DNA of 50,944 nucleotides, taken from assembly GCA_000708835.1 (NCBI GenBank), contig DF237501.1:10304-61247 (forward strand), read 5' to 3'. Below, piece after piece: positions 32,801 to 43,400 of this stretch; the stretch's first letter is position 1; every line of letters starts with the position of its first letter. Under the pieces are notes generated by a model that worked only from the letters and a program-made list of their open reading frames with translations, ran no database searches and was not told the DNA's origin. Made by a program: the position numbers and the translations under genes. The DNA comes from Klebsormidium nitens (lineage: Eukaryota > Plantae > Klebsormidiophyceae).

Positions 32801-34735
32801 TGGCGAGATCCATCAATGGACCTCTGCTGGAGCTTTTGTGAACTTGCGCAATCGAGACGGTTGGAAAAGAAAGGGCAGGGAGATTGGCTAGGGGGAGCCC
32901 AACCTCTTAACGAGAATAGAATCTGCAATGCCTGTTCCTGAATGGGACGCCCTTTCACCAATTTTGCCAGGCAGTAGTCTCATTCTACTTCACATCTTTC
33001 ATCCATCGGCAATTGGTCATCAGTTGAGGGGGTCTTCAACTGATGAATTGTGTGCGTTTGATCAGCCTCCACTGCACTGGGGGCCTCCGAGAGTCACCAA
33101 ATCCTAGATCTCATAGTATGAAGCAGGAACCAGCCTCCGCAACAGATACATCTCTACTCCATAAATGCTGAGTGGAACCAAAAGTTGGATAGCTTCGAGT
33201 CACTCTGCTTTTAGCACATTGCCGATTCAGCACTAGTAAGCAAAGTAGCCAGGGGCGGATGGGGTTAATTCGGGAATTCAGGATGATAGAAGTCTGGAGC
33301 AGATGATTTTGTGGGTTAATGTTTCAGTATCAATTCAGGGGCTCTTACTACTCTAGAGCTTCCTAGTGCTGAATTGAAAAGACATCTGGTTTTCACCACG
33401 TAAAAGGTCTTACCTGGACGGTCCCCAGTGCGGGGGGGCGGGGGCGCGGGAATGTCCTGGACTAGGACCCCCTGGAGGTCGAAAACCGCAACGCCGGCCT
33501 CCTTCTTGGACGTGATGATCAGGCTCTTGGACTTGTCTGTGGGGTGGATCCAGATTGCGGGGTCGTCGGAGTCTGCGTTCCGCCCTGGGAAGCACAGAAA
33601 GCAAGCTAAGTTCAGCTCTTACATCTGGGAAGCTCGTAACCTGATGGAAGAGCAGAAGGCATATTTGAGTTGAAGCTGGGTCTCCTCAAGAAGGGTCTTG
33701 GACAGATCTCAAGAGAAACAGAACAATGGCAATGCTGGTCTGCTGAACAAAGGAACGACAACAAGTGCCTTGACATTGGCCATTGGGGGAGGTTTGAACT
33801 ATGTGCTCACGTAACAACACCCACATTTACCTGTTGCCCACTTGTCAATCATCAGGAATTGCTTGCATGAGCTAGCAGCTAAGACAATGCCAGGATGGAA
33901 GTTCCAAAAAGCATGCTCCGAGTGTTTGAGGCAACTGAGAGTTGGGCTACTGAGGTGCATTGCAGTTAGCTTGCTGTCTAGGGGTTGAGAAGGACTTCAT
34001 ACGCCAGAGCACACACGGGACACATCAAATGTGCAGTACGTGGCTCAGGCTGCTTTGGTGTCAATTGGCATTGGCCAATGACTGTTCTACACTATGACAT
34101 TGACACTGAAGCTATGTTGTTGTGACAACCGTATAGCACCACCCCTTATTCCGAGCTTTGGACTCGCTAGATGGCACTTTGTTATGCTAATGGGTCGCTA
34201 CCAATGGAGTCAAAAGTAGCCCAAGCGTTGAGAAAGTGCCTGCTTTGGGTTCCGTTTGACCCCCTTTCAATGTTAGCAGCACCATACCTGCTCAGATTGG
34301 GGCGTGTAAAAACTGCTGACAGTGGGCTAATCTGGCCTTCAGGCTCAGAGGGGAAGCAGCTTGTTCTGTGGCTCGCCTTGTGACAATCTTGTTGATCTAA
34401 ATTGCGGCATTGTAAATTGACAGATGTGTGAAATGTGGCGTTGTGGAGTGTTCAGGTATCGGATGCACTTAGTGAAATATCACCTCGTGTACAATTCTGT
34501 ACTTGGTGAGTGCATTGGCCACAGATGACGGGTCTCAAGCTGGAGGCAGCACAACCCACTTTACAAAAGCGGGCAGGAAACATCCGATAGATGGGTCACA
34601 TTCCTTACCTGCGGCATCTCCAAAGGCGGGGGGGGTCTCAAGGGTCGCTTTGACTTCTGCCTGGCCCCACACCGGCGCCGCAAGCAGCGGCGCGCCGACA
34701 ACGAGCAGAATGAGGAGCACACGCGCAGACGCCAT
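26810..34735 (-). CDS. Secreted beta-propeller phytase (3-phytase) with Pro/Thr linker and C-terminal Cys-rich repeats
   Basis: Exons 34735-34609 (signal peptide MASARVLLILLVVGAPLLAAPVWG), 33584-33414, 32453-32275, 31692-31484, 31092-31008, 30487-30283, 29233-29076, 28633-28432, 27770-about 27575 (contains gap), possibly 27231-27183, and 26937-26810. Motifs DSDDPAIWIHP, GRINNVD, EGMVVD, QEDVGIW, DVEGLTIY, GYLLASSQGDDTFAVY, GLLVAQDG, TNFKYIQW. Confidence 0.93.
27578..27599. other. Small assembly gap (22 N) inside the phytase C-terminal exon
   Basis: Run of N interrupting the first Cys-rich repeat. Confidence 0.99.
27870..28170 (-). repeat. Degenerate copies of the acceptor and start of the Pro/Thr linker exon, interspersed with telomere-like tracts
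   Basis: TGCAG|CCGCT...CCGACCACC motif at about 27916 and 28049, a weaker copy near 28160, and the true exon at 27770. TTTTAGGG-like runs lie at 27948-27985 and 28095-28135. Confidence 0.65.
29267..29358 (-). other. Duplicated phytase exon start (possible alternative exon)
   Basis: The acceptor at 29359-29361 is followed by ANSDGGYLLASSQGDDTF, identical in protein to exon 29233-29076. A GTGGGT donor follows 29267. Confidence 0.6.
33225..33374. mobile_element. Degenerate MITE-like element, G-rich core copy 4
   Basis: 12-bp inverted repeat ATTCAGCACTAG/CTAGTGCTGAAT around a decayed core. GATTTTGTGGGTTAA is shared with copy 1. Confidence 0.5.
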
Positions 34736-35967
34736 TGTGTCTCCGCTAAAGCTATCACTCAGCAAGCTTGATGTTTCAAATGTCCTTGCAGAGGTAGCTG
34801 AGTTCGGCAGCTCAGCGATAGATAGGATGTGGCCGCCTCTGTGGCGTTCCGAAATACAGAGATACAGGAACGAGCTCCTTGCCAATGTTGCCAATCCTGG
34901 CTGTTCAAGTTGTCAAAGGTCACGGCTCCCGGCGCAGAAAGAATTGTGCCACTAGTTGGTTCGCAGCTTTCCTTTTCCGAGTCGCAGCCCTGACTCCTGA
35001 GGGGTCGTCATCAGCGCCCAACTCACTGACGTAGGTACTGTACAAAGCATTCACACTGCAGAGCCCTCTCAGTCTCACTCTGCAGTGTCGCCTCCTGATT
35101 CCTGTGTGCGCTTCGTTGAACAATGATGACGCACTCATGGGGTCATTCTCTCAACAGGGTACACCGTATTGTGTACCGCAGTCTTACGTTTGGTCGTCGA
35201 AGCAAACAGAATCGAATGTCGAAGAGGCTGCGCACTGGTTACATATAATCCGGGCATAGTTGAGCTAAACCCTGCCCGCCTGTAAACCCTGGTTTGAGAA
35301 TGTCAGATTTTGGTCTGACAACGTCTTCTCGACAAAATTATTCAACTAGGTAGGCACTCCAAGTAGGTACCTACCTTGGCTTGGATCGGTAGTAGGACTC
35401 TGGAGCCTAGGTAAATGTGACAAGTTAAAATCAGATATTAGCTGGGTCTACTATGATACTATCAATTCATTGGAAACGAAACGAATCGACCTTCATCTGC
35501 AGGGTTTTCGATCCTTCTGGAGGGCGTGACTCAGACTCTGTCTCGAGTCCCGACGGCGATATAGGTGAAAGATGCATGATTGAGCAGCTCAACAGCGCAT
35601 ATGTAGTGGGAGTGGTATCTGGATTCTGAATCCATGATTACCTTGGGAGGATGAATCGCCCCACGAACCAGCTCAGGGACCGGCGAAAGCCCTCGGAGAG
35701 CCCGCCGATGTGATCGGGGATATTTTTCTTTACAGTTTTCGCATGGTCCAGAGTCCAGACTCCACAGGCCACAGTCCTCTCTTTGGCTCTTCAGCTCTTT
35801 GCAGTGTGAGTGTCGGACTAGGTATCCAGCAGTCCCGGCTCCCGACTCTTCCACCGACAACGGCCTGGGGGACTCTGATGAGCGACGTCGTGTGCCGAGC
35901 ACACGGAAAGAATATTCCGACCATTAATGGTGAGAACACAATGACCTCATAAAAGATTCCATGATGC

Positions 35968-35999
35968 CCTGGGCCCGGCCCCGGGGGCCGGGCCCCAGG
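35968..35999. repeat. GC-rich near-perfect palindrome
   Basis: CCTGGGCCCGGCCCC-G-GGGGCCGGGCCCCAGG, with one extra C in the right arm. Confidence 0.8.
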
Positions 36000-36206
36000 T
36001 GGCAGGGAGTCAGGGACCGAGACTCCGAGACCCCGGTAAACAGCTAGTCGAAGTGTTGACACTTGGCGACCGCTAGATGCCGAAAAGCTGGTCGACGTTG
36101 ATAACGGCCCCGGGTTCGACCCGTCTGTCTGGTGCTGCCAGTCACTCGGGCACCCGAGTCCCGACCACCGAGGTTCCTGCACCCGAGTCCTGCTTGTACA
36201 TTAATA

Positions 36207-36378
36207 TGGTATTAAACTTGCCGGTATACCAGCTCGGGATGCGGGGGGTTTGCTTAATAACATTGGAGGTTTGGGTGGGCACGGGTCCGGAGCAGATAAC
36301 TTTTAAGGGTTACAATTCTAGGTTAGGGTAGGAACTTCTTATAGGTACCTAGAATGTACCGGCCGGTAACCAATACCT
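36207..36378. repeat. Degenerate G-rich core copy 5
   Basis: GGTTTGGGTGGGCACGGGTCCGGAGCAG resembles the core. Weak GGTATT..CCGG/CCGG..AATACC arms flank it. Confidence 0.45.
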
Positions 36379-37440
36379 TAAAGATAGATTTCAATGACAA
36401 AGAGTACGGTCGGGGGTTGGCCCCCGGGCTATGCATGGGCCAGAGGACCCCGGACTTCACCCCCTCTATTTAATACCGTATGTCACTTCAATATGGTTTG
36501 CTTGCATGAAGCGCCAGATGAAGTGCCTACCCAATTGTACGTACTACGTAGTGTCTCTTTCCGCACGCCGTTAAACCAGTAATTCCATAATCTTCTACCT
36601 TATATGGAATACAACATACGTTTGTCTTTTCTTGATTGCTTACTTCTACCTATCCTATATTCAACACTTCTTCGATTGCAAGGAAGGTCTAATTGCATAC
36701 AGTGAAAACATGATAAGCTAGAAAGCTCGTAGCATGGATAATCCCATTGGAGTGGAGACGGTCTTTGAGCTAGCCGGGTATTACAATGGTAATTCGAAGC
36801 CCGCGGCCTGGACCATGCATGACACTAGCACACCGTTCATGACTTCATTTCTCCGCAAATTAAGATGGACACTAACATATATCGCACAAACACGTGAGAT
36901 ATATCAACCATATGTCCCAGTCAACGAGCGACTTGCATGAGCTTTTTAGTGAGCTGCAATTGATATACTGCAATCACCAAGCGACAGTCTTTTCTCTTGT
37001 TGCGTTCTTGCAGTGAAGATTCACCTAGGCCTATAAGCTCGACGGTCCATTCCGACGTCCACGCCCGCCACGCCCACAATGGACTCAAAATGTTGGTTGA
37101 CTGTTGGCCTTGGTGGTGAGGCCCAAGCCTCACAATAATGCACACCTAACTGACTATCTGATGCGCAGCGCCTCGCGCGAGTTGCACGCAGGCGCGTTTG
37201 TTCTTGAACACTCTAATGACGTCCTAGCTCAAAATCTGCTCAACGCAACATACTTCGCCCTAGCCTATGTAGCAACACTGAAAAAGTTGCTCGGATTACT
37301 AGTGTACTTGACGAAATGCGATTGGCTTCAAAACACCCAGAGCACGCTACTTGATGCACTACTCTAATACATTATGCTACATCCAGGTTAAGAGCGCCAG
37401 GAAACTCTTCTTCGCAAGAAACTTTTTTCCCATTACGCCC

Positions 37441-40400
37441 TCAAGAAACAGCGCCCTGCGCTTGCAACTGCTCGCTGATCACAGCAAAAACGGTGGGCCA
37501 GGAGATGGGTTTGGTCAAGTAGCCATCTATGTTCAAGTGCCGGAGCTTGTTCTGCGCGAGAACGTCCGCCGAAAGGATGTAAATAGGGAGTCTAGAGCTT
37601 GGCCCTTCGAGCTGGCGGATCTCCTCCGTTGCGTGTATGCCGTCCAACACTGCAGCCAGAAGCACAATGATGTCTTTTAGGATGCGATTCAACAAATCTC
37701 CACAACCGAGGTTAAAACTCGCTGAACGGGGACTGCTTCTTCACTATCCGTCGTGACACGAGGGATCGACAGCAGCTAGAGGTTGCTTTTGACGGCTGCG
37801 CAACAAATGATAAGGGGGAAAGTGCCGTCCAGAACTTCATCTGGCCGGGTTCCACGGGAAAGGAAAAACCATGCAAAGGCTAGCAAAACTAGAGCCTTAG
37901 GGACGATGCCACCACCTTGCTTCTAGGTAACCCTCGTCATGGAGCTTACTTCGCCACACTTAGTGCTGAAGAGCAATTCATCAGTCGAACCCTCGTCAGA
38001 AAGGCGGCCCAATCGATGACCGCTTCAGTAGGATAAGCGGAGGTGCGTCGAAGCCGCTACAGAAGAGCACCGGAGTTCTTGCACCACTTCTCGGGCCACA
38101 TCGAACACCGGCTTCGCTAACCCCGTCGAGCACCAACTTTGTCTCTCTGCGCTGCTTGCTAGTTTAAAGTTGCAGCACACGACCACACGCTTGCGCAAGG
38201 TTACCCGGCGGCTTAGTGTGACCAATCAGGGTTGAGGTAAGGTCCGATACCTGGCATCTGCAGGTCCATGAGGCAGAGCGTATACGCTTTGGTCCGAACA
38301 GCGTCCACGGCCAGCCGCCCGTTGCCCACAACGTCCACGTCATGCCCGTGGTGCTTCAGCATTTTCTGCGGGGACAGCGGAGGACAGTTGGGGATGATGC
38401 ATCCGGGACGGTGATGTCCTTCTGAAGTCGGACGATTGCGCCGCAAGAACAGGATTGTGACAGACGATTTCTACTTTGATCTTGCGACGCTTACCAATCC
38501 GACGTTGGTTGCGCCGCAGACCCTCGTCAAGACTCCTGGTTTCACATTCAAGATACGCACTCCTTGAAAGTCAAACCTCGGAGACAGATAATCGCAGAAA
38601 GACCTCAAAGCGACATCGTCTCCTGCTATAGGCTGTGAACCTTCCCTAGGCTCTAATGTTCTGTGACCTCGCTGCAACGTTTCGTGCTTTTGCATTCAAT
38701 CACTCACTCAGCTGGTGCTTTTCAACGTTCTATCGACGAACCACGTGCTCCCAATTGTAGAGAGAGCAAAGAGCAAGAATCGACTGACAGAGAGCAGCAA
38801 TAATTTTCAAAAGGCTTTTTCGGATGCTGCGAGCCAGATCGGCAACGGTGAAGCAAAGCTTTGGGCAGCATTGCTGATTGCTAAGTCAAACTTGTCAAAA
38901 TCCATGGATTGCTTCAGCCAAAGAATTGACAAATGACAAACGGACGAACGGTTGGCCTTGCAAAACGTGGGCAGCAAAGCAGAAGTCTTACGCAAGCAAA
39001 GCCCAGAAGATCAATTTCCGCACAGAGGATGTTAGTGGAAATCTGCAAACCGAGGCCATGCAGAAAGTGACGTCAGCATGATTGAGATCGGGTCCATACC
39101 CTGATGAGCAACTGGTTGACCACGTTATCCTCCGCCACCAGAATGCGGGCGCGCGTGTGCAACTGCGAGGGTCCCTGTACGAAGGGTGACAAGGCTGGGT
39201 CAAACGACGAAGGCTGCTAAAGTCCCTACACTTCGGTGAATCGCACGATTAAGTAAGCCGCTCCTCTAAAATTATTCCGAAGCATTAAGTGGACTGCGAG
39301 GGCCACTCAACGAGAGACTACACTTTGCATCGTACCACAAGGCTGCTCACTTCTGCCCTGCTGTTTCATGCAATTTGGGGTCAGCCGCTCCCGCAAATCT
39401 GCTTCAGAGCAGTTACTTGACGTTGGACAACGAAAGCGGCCCTGATGACAAGGTTGCTCGAACTGCTTCGTTTTGGGCTTCGCCCAGATTTCCACAGACC
39501 ACTCTACCAAACTGGCTTTGGATGGCCCATCTTAAGTGAAAGGGTCGAATGTAGAGCGTTTGGCTACTCTTTGCGGACTTACCTGTTCCTGAATCGAACC
39601 GAAGTTGCCGCTTCCGTAGCTGGAGATTCCGCTCCCGTAACTAGAGATTCCGCTGACCGAAGGAGAACCGTTCTCGGTGACGCTCCTGCTGCTGAGCTCA
39701 ACACTAGGGGGCGCCGTCGAGACCTCGGAGATTTCCCCCGGCTCCTCGACATGGGCGCGAAGACCCTCGACCGACACTCGGGGCGTGATCCCCGGGCTGT
39801 TTTTGTGACTGCTTGTTGCCTGCAAGCTAGACCCCGATTCTCCTGGACTTTTGTCGTTTCTCAACGACGATCCCGAGGAGGCGTCTCCGGCAGACCGCCG
39901 CTCTTCCCCCGTAGGCGATGTCTGCTGCTCCGCACTGTTAAGCGCTGTCCCATCTCCCTCAGCCCCGACTCCCGTCAGGAACTTCGCCATCACTTCTTCC
40001 TTTGCTTCTGTCCCCTTTCGAGGGCTCTTACCACCACTGAGCAAAGCCCCCGCACTTTCCTTTTCCTCGTCTTCGCGTTTGCCTTCCAGTTCTCCCCCAT
40101 GTGCTGCTCGTTCTGGCGCACCCGCTTTTCCCCCAGCATGTCGATGCGAAGCTGCTTCCGTCTTAACGACTCGCACATCTTTTCCCCCCTCGCCTAGTTG
40201 CGGGCTTTCCCGCCCTTCGTCGACTACCGGGCCTGTCACCCCCCGACCTGGTTGATCAGACGTTCCTTCCCGGCCTGCCTGATCGGCGATTTCTCCGGCA
40301 GGCTGCAGAGATCTAGTCGCTGGCTCTGTGGAAACTGGAGCCGCTCGGGGCTCGAGCGGGCCCTTGGGTGAGAGCCGGATGAGATCGTCCATGCGCACCG

Positions 40401-43400
40401 GGGGCGGTCCCCGGGAGGGGGCGAGACTGAGCGTACGGGACGGCCGCCGAGTGAGCGGGCCGGTGCACCGCTGAAGGCGCACTGCGGGATCACGGGAGAA
40501 CGCGCGGTTAAGGTGATCGTCTTAACGAAGGAAAAGGAGAACACGTTCTTTTAAAACCGCCCGTTTCGCAAGCGGGACAGTTTCAATAACAGGGTTCCAA
40601 CGATGCAAGGACCTTGCAAATCTTCATCTTGAAGTCGCTCCAGGAGCAATGCTTACACCAGACGCCCAGACAATGACATTCTTGACTTCTCAGCACCTTT
40701 GCAGAATTGTAGAAACGAGGGTGGGTCCCAACTCCAGCGTGTGCAACTTCTCAACGACCCAGTCCTATGATCGTTCTTGCGGGCGCGGGTTGGGCGACCG
40801 ACCGAGGTGCACTGCGAGCTTCGAAGTCGCCGAGCCTTACGGTTTGCTCTGAAAAGAGAAGTCTCTCACCTGAGCACGTGAAGGTGGTCCCCTTATTCAG
40901 CTCGCTTTGTACAGCAATCGTTCCGCCCATGGCCTCCACTAGCTTCTTGCAAATGACGAGGCCCAGCCCGGTGCCGCCATACCTGCACGTAAGCGGGGCG
41001 CACTTATGAGAGGCTACACAAAAGCTTTGCAAAGCGTTCCGGCGCTGAACAGCGAGGCCGTTTTCACATGTATACTGCAAAACCCTTGAAGCAACCGAGA
41101 ATGATAGCCACTCGAAAAAGGCTGGATAATGGTTCGCCAGCGGTGGCAAGACATCAAGTGCGTCGATTGCCGTCCAGAGGATGTGATGTGAGCTGAGGTA
41201 TGCGGGCAAAGGAGCGCCTCCATACGGACGAAAACCAAATCCTCAGCCATCCTTTAACGTTTAATCGAGTCTCCAGCTTCGGCGTCCAGCCTTCAGTATG
41301 TGAAGCCTGGGGAAGAACAAGCAGTCAACTGCAAATCTTATGCGATGGAGGTCAGACCACAAAGGCGCGAACTACTTGAGTAAAAGAGGAGGGGCGAACA
41401 GTGACTCATGAACCTATCAGATGCAAACCAAAGACCCTCAGAAGCCCATACGTATATGTTTCCAACGACTTCGGAACCTGAAGCGGCACACCCAAACAGC
41501 CCCACCTTTTGCCGAAGGCATATGTGTGCGTTCTCCGACTCCAAAATAGTACCGAGAAACCTTAGAATGCGAAAAGGAGATAAACCCAGAGACCGCGGAA
41601 CGGCCGCTGCTCACATCCGGGTCGTAGTATCATCCGCCTGCACGAACGACTTGAAGAGCTTCCGTTGGGACTCGGGCGCAATCCCGACGCCCGTGTCGGT
41701 AACGCTAAACTCGTGCCACGTGGCGCTGCCACCTGGCAGACTTGAAGCATCTGGGCCGTCGCTCTGCGGGAGCTGTAGTCCCGGGCCGTAGACTGCGCCG
41801 CCCTCCGAGGTGCCGACGCTTGCGCCACTGCGTGCGTGCGAGGTTCTTCTCTGGAAGAACGAACGTAAGGAAAGTTAGAGCTTAGCCCGTTTGACTCTTG
41901 CTTTCCAGACCACGAGGCAGGCGCAGAGGAGCCGCATCCAAAACGAGCTGGGACAAAGGGGTTCCTATCTACGGTCTTTTGTATGAAGAGACGACGATTT
42001 GACCGTCTGATGGCTGAGTAGGACAATACCTTCTATCACAAAGGAGCGAGATAGGAACGAAAAGCGACTCGAGACCGTCAGTGAAGAATTGGGCAGAGAG
42101 TGTTTCTCTACTTGCTACCCTACATTAGACCGATCCTGCCAACAATTGCAGAACGTTCATATGTTTGATTAATTCTTCTGTGGCAACGGTGCCTCGTCCT
42201 CTCGGGACGGTAGGTGGCAACTGCTCTCGTGCCACTCGTGAATAATCAAGTCAAAGGCCAGTCACAGGTTCCTCAATGCAAAACACGGAGTAATAAACCA
42301 CTGTCTCCCCCTGGAAGAAGTCAGAGCCATGCAAAACTACATACAGAGAGTTGACGCGCCCACTAGAAGTAGCTCACCCGAAGCATATTCTCGAGGCAGC
42401 GTGTTCGAGCGGCGTCTTGAGGCTCCTCCAAATCGATCACTGCGTCACCCTTGTTGTCGGGGCTCTGCAAAAAACAGAGGGTGACGTCAGCTGGCCGCAT
42501 GAGCATTCCGGATGCGAGCAACTTCTCTTCAAAAGGGGTTGGTGTTATTTTCTTACGTGCCCAGAAACAAGTCGGGATACTCTACATACATGACCCTGCT
42601 TGGGCTCAACTGAAAGAAGGTGGTCAAACGTCTGGAATCAAAGGAGGCAAGTCCAAGGCCTTCGCTCCTCTTGATTAAAAGCGCGTTCGGAGATGATGAG
42701 TCTGGGTTTCAAGCCCGGACGAAGACGTCGTAAGCTAGAGAGAACACCAGCAGAATGCGAGCAGTCCAGAGACTCAGTCGAGGAGTCTACAGGTACGCCC
42801 TTCTAAAAGATGGGAATCTCGTCTACTTCAGAACCTCGAAAATACTTTGAAAGAGGGCTCTGTGGGCATTTCGCAATCGATGTGGATTATATTGATGACA
42901 TGTTCAGAGCCAACCGAGTTGTTGAATCTACGTGAAATGAGGCCTCTTGCCCGCAAACCGGCAATCTGAGCCGTCTCATCACGACATAGACGTCACATCA
43001 CACAATTGGAAGATTAGGAGTCGGACCTGGGGGTGGCGTTTCACGTCGGATTGGCCACCCCTGAAACGATCATCGAAAAACCTTCATTACCACTTGCGTT
43101 TGACAATACCAGCAAAGGTAGCTGTTTGTGTGAGCTCACATATCGTTCGGGGATGCCGTTCCCAAGTGGGGGATGCGGTAGGCGCCTCCAGCGGACCGTG
43201 ATACCTCCGCTCTCGGTGAACTTGATCGCGTTCGACAAGAGGTTCGACAGGACTTGCTGCAAACTGCACAGAGGGCGGCCCGAGATTTGGTGAGACGTCA
43301 CGATTGTTTAACAGTCAAGAACCGAAAACGAAGGAAGAGCAGTCAGGGATGCATCAGTGCAACCGCTTACAAGGACGATCCCCGTATACCTGTAACGAGA

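Noticed and set aside
36734-37680. Protein-like plus-strand ORF fragments and a strong acceptor near 37012, converging on the kinase 3' end
   Set aside because: The fragments could not be joined into a frame-consistent model and match no family I recognise. A decayed gene remains possible.
39445-40255. 250-aa and 134-aa plus-strand ORFs
   Set aside because: Antisense shadows of the GC-rich kinase linker exon.
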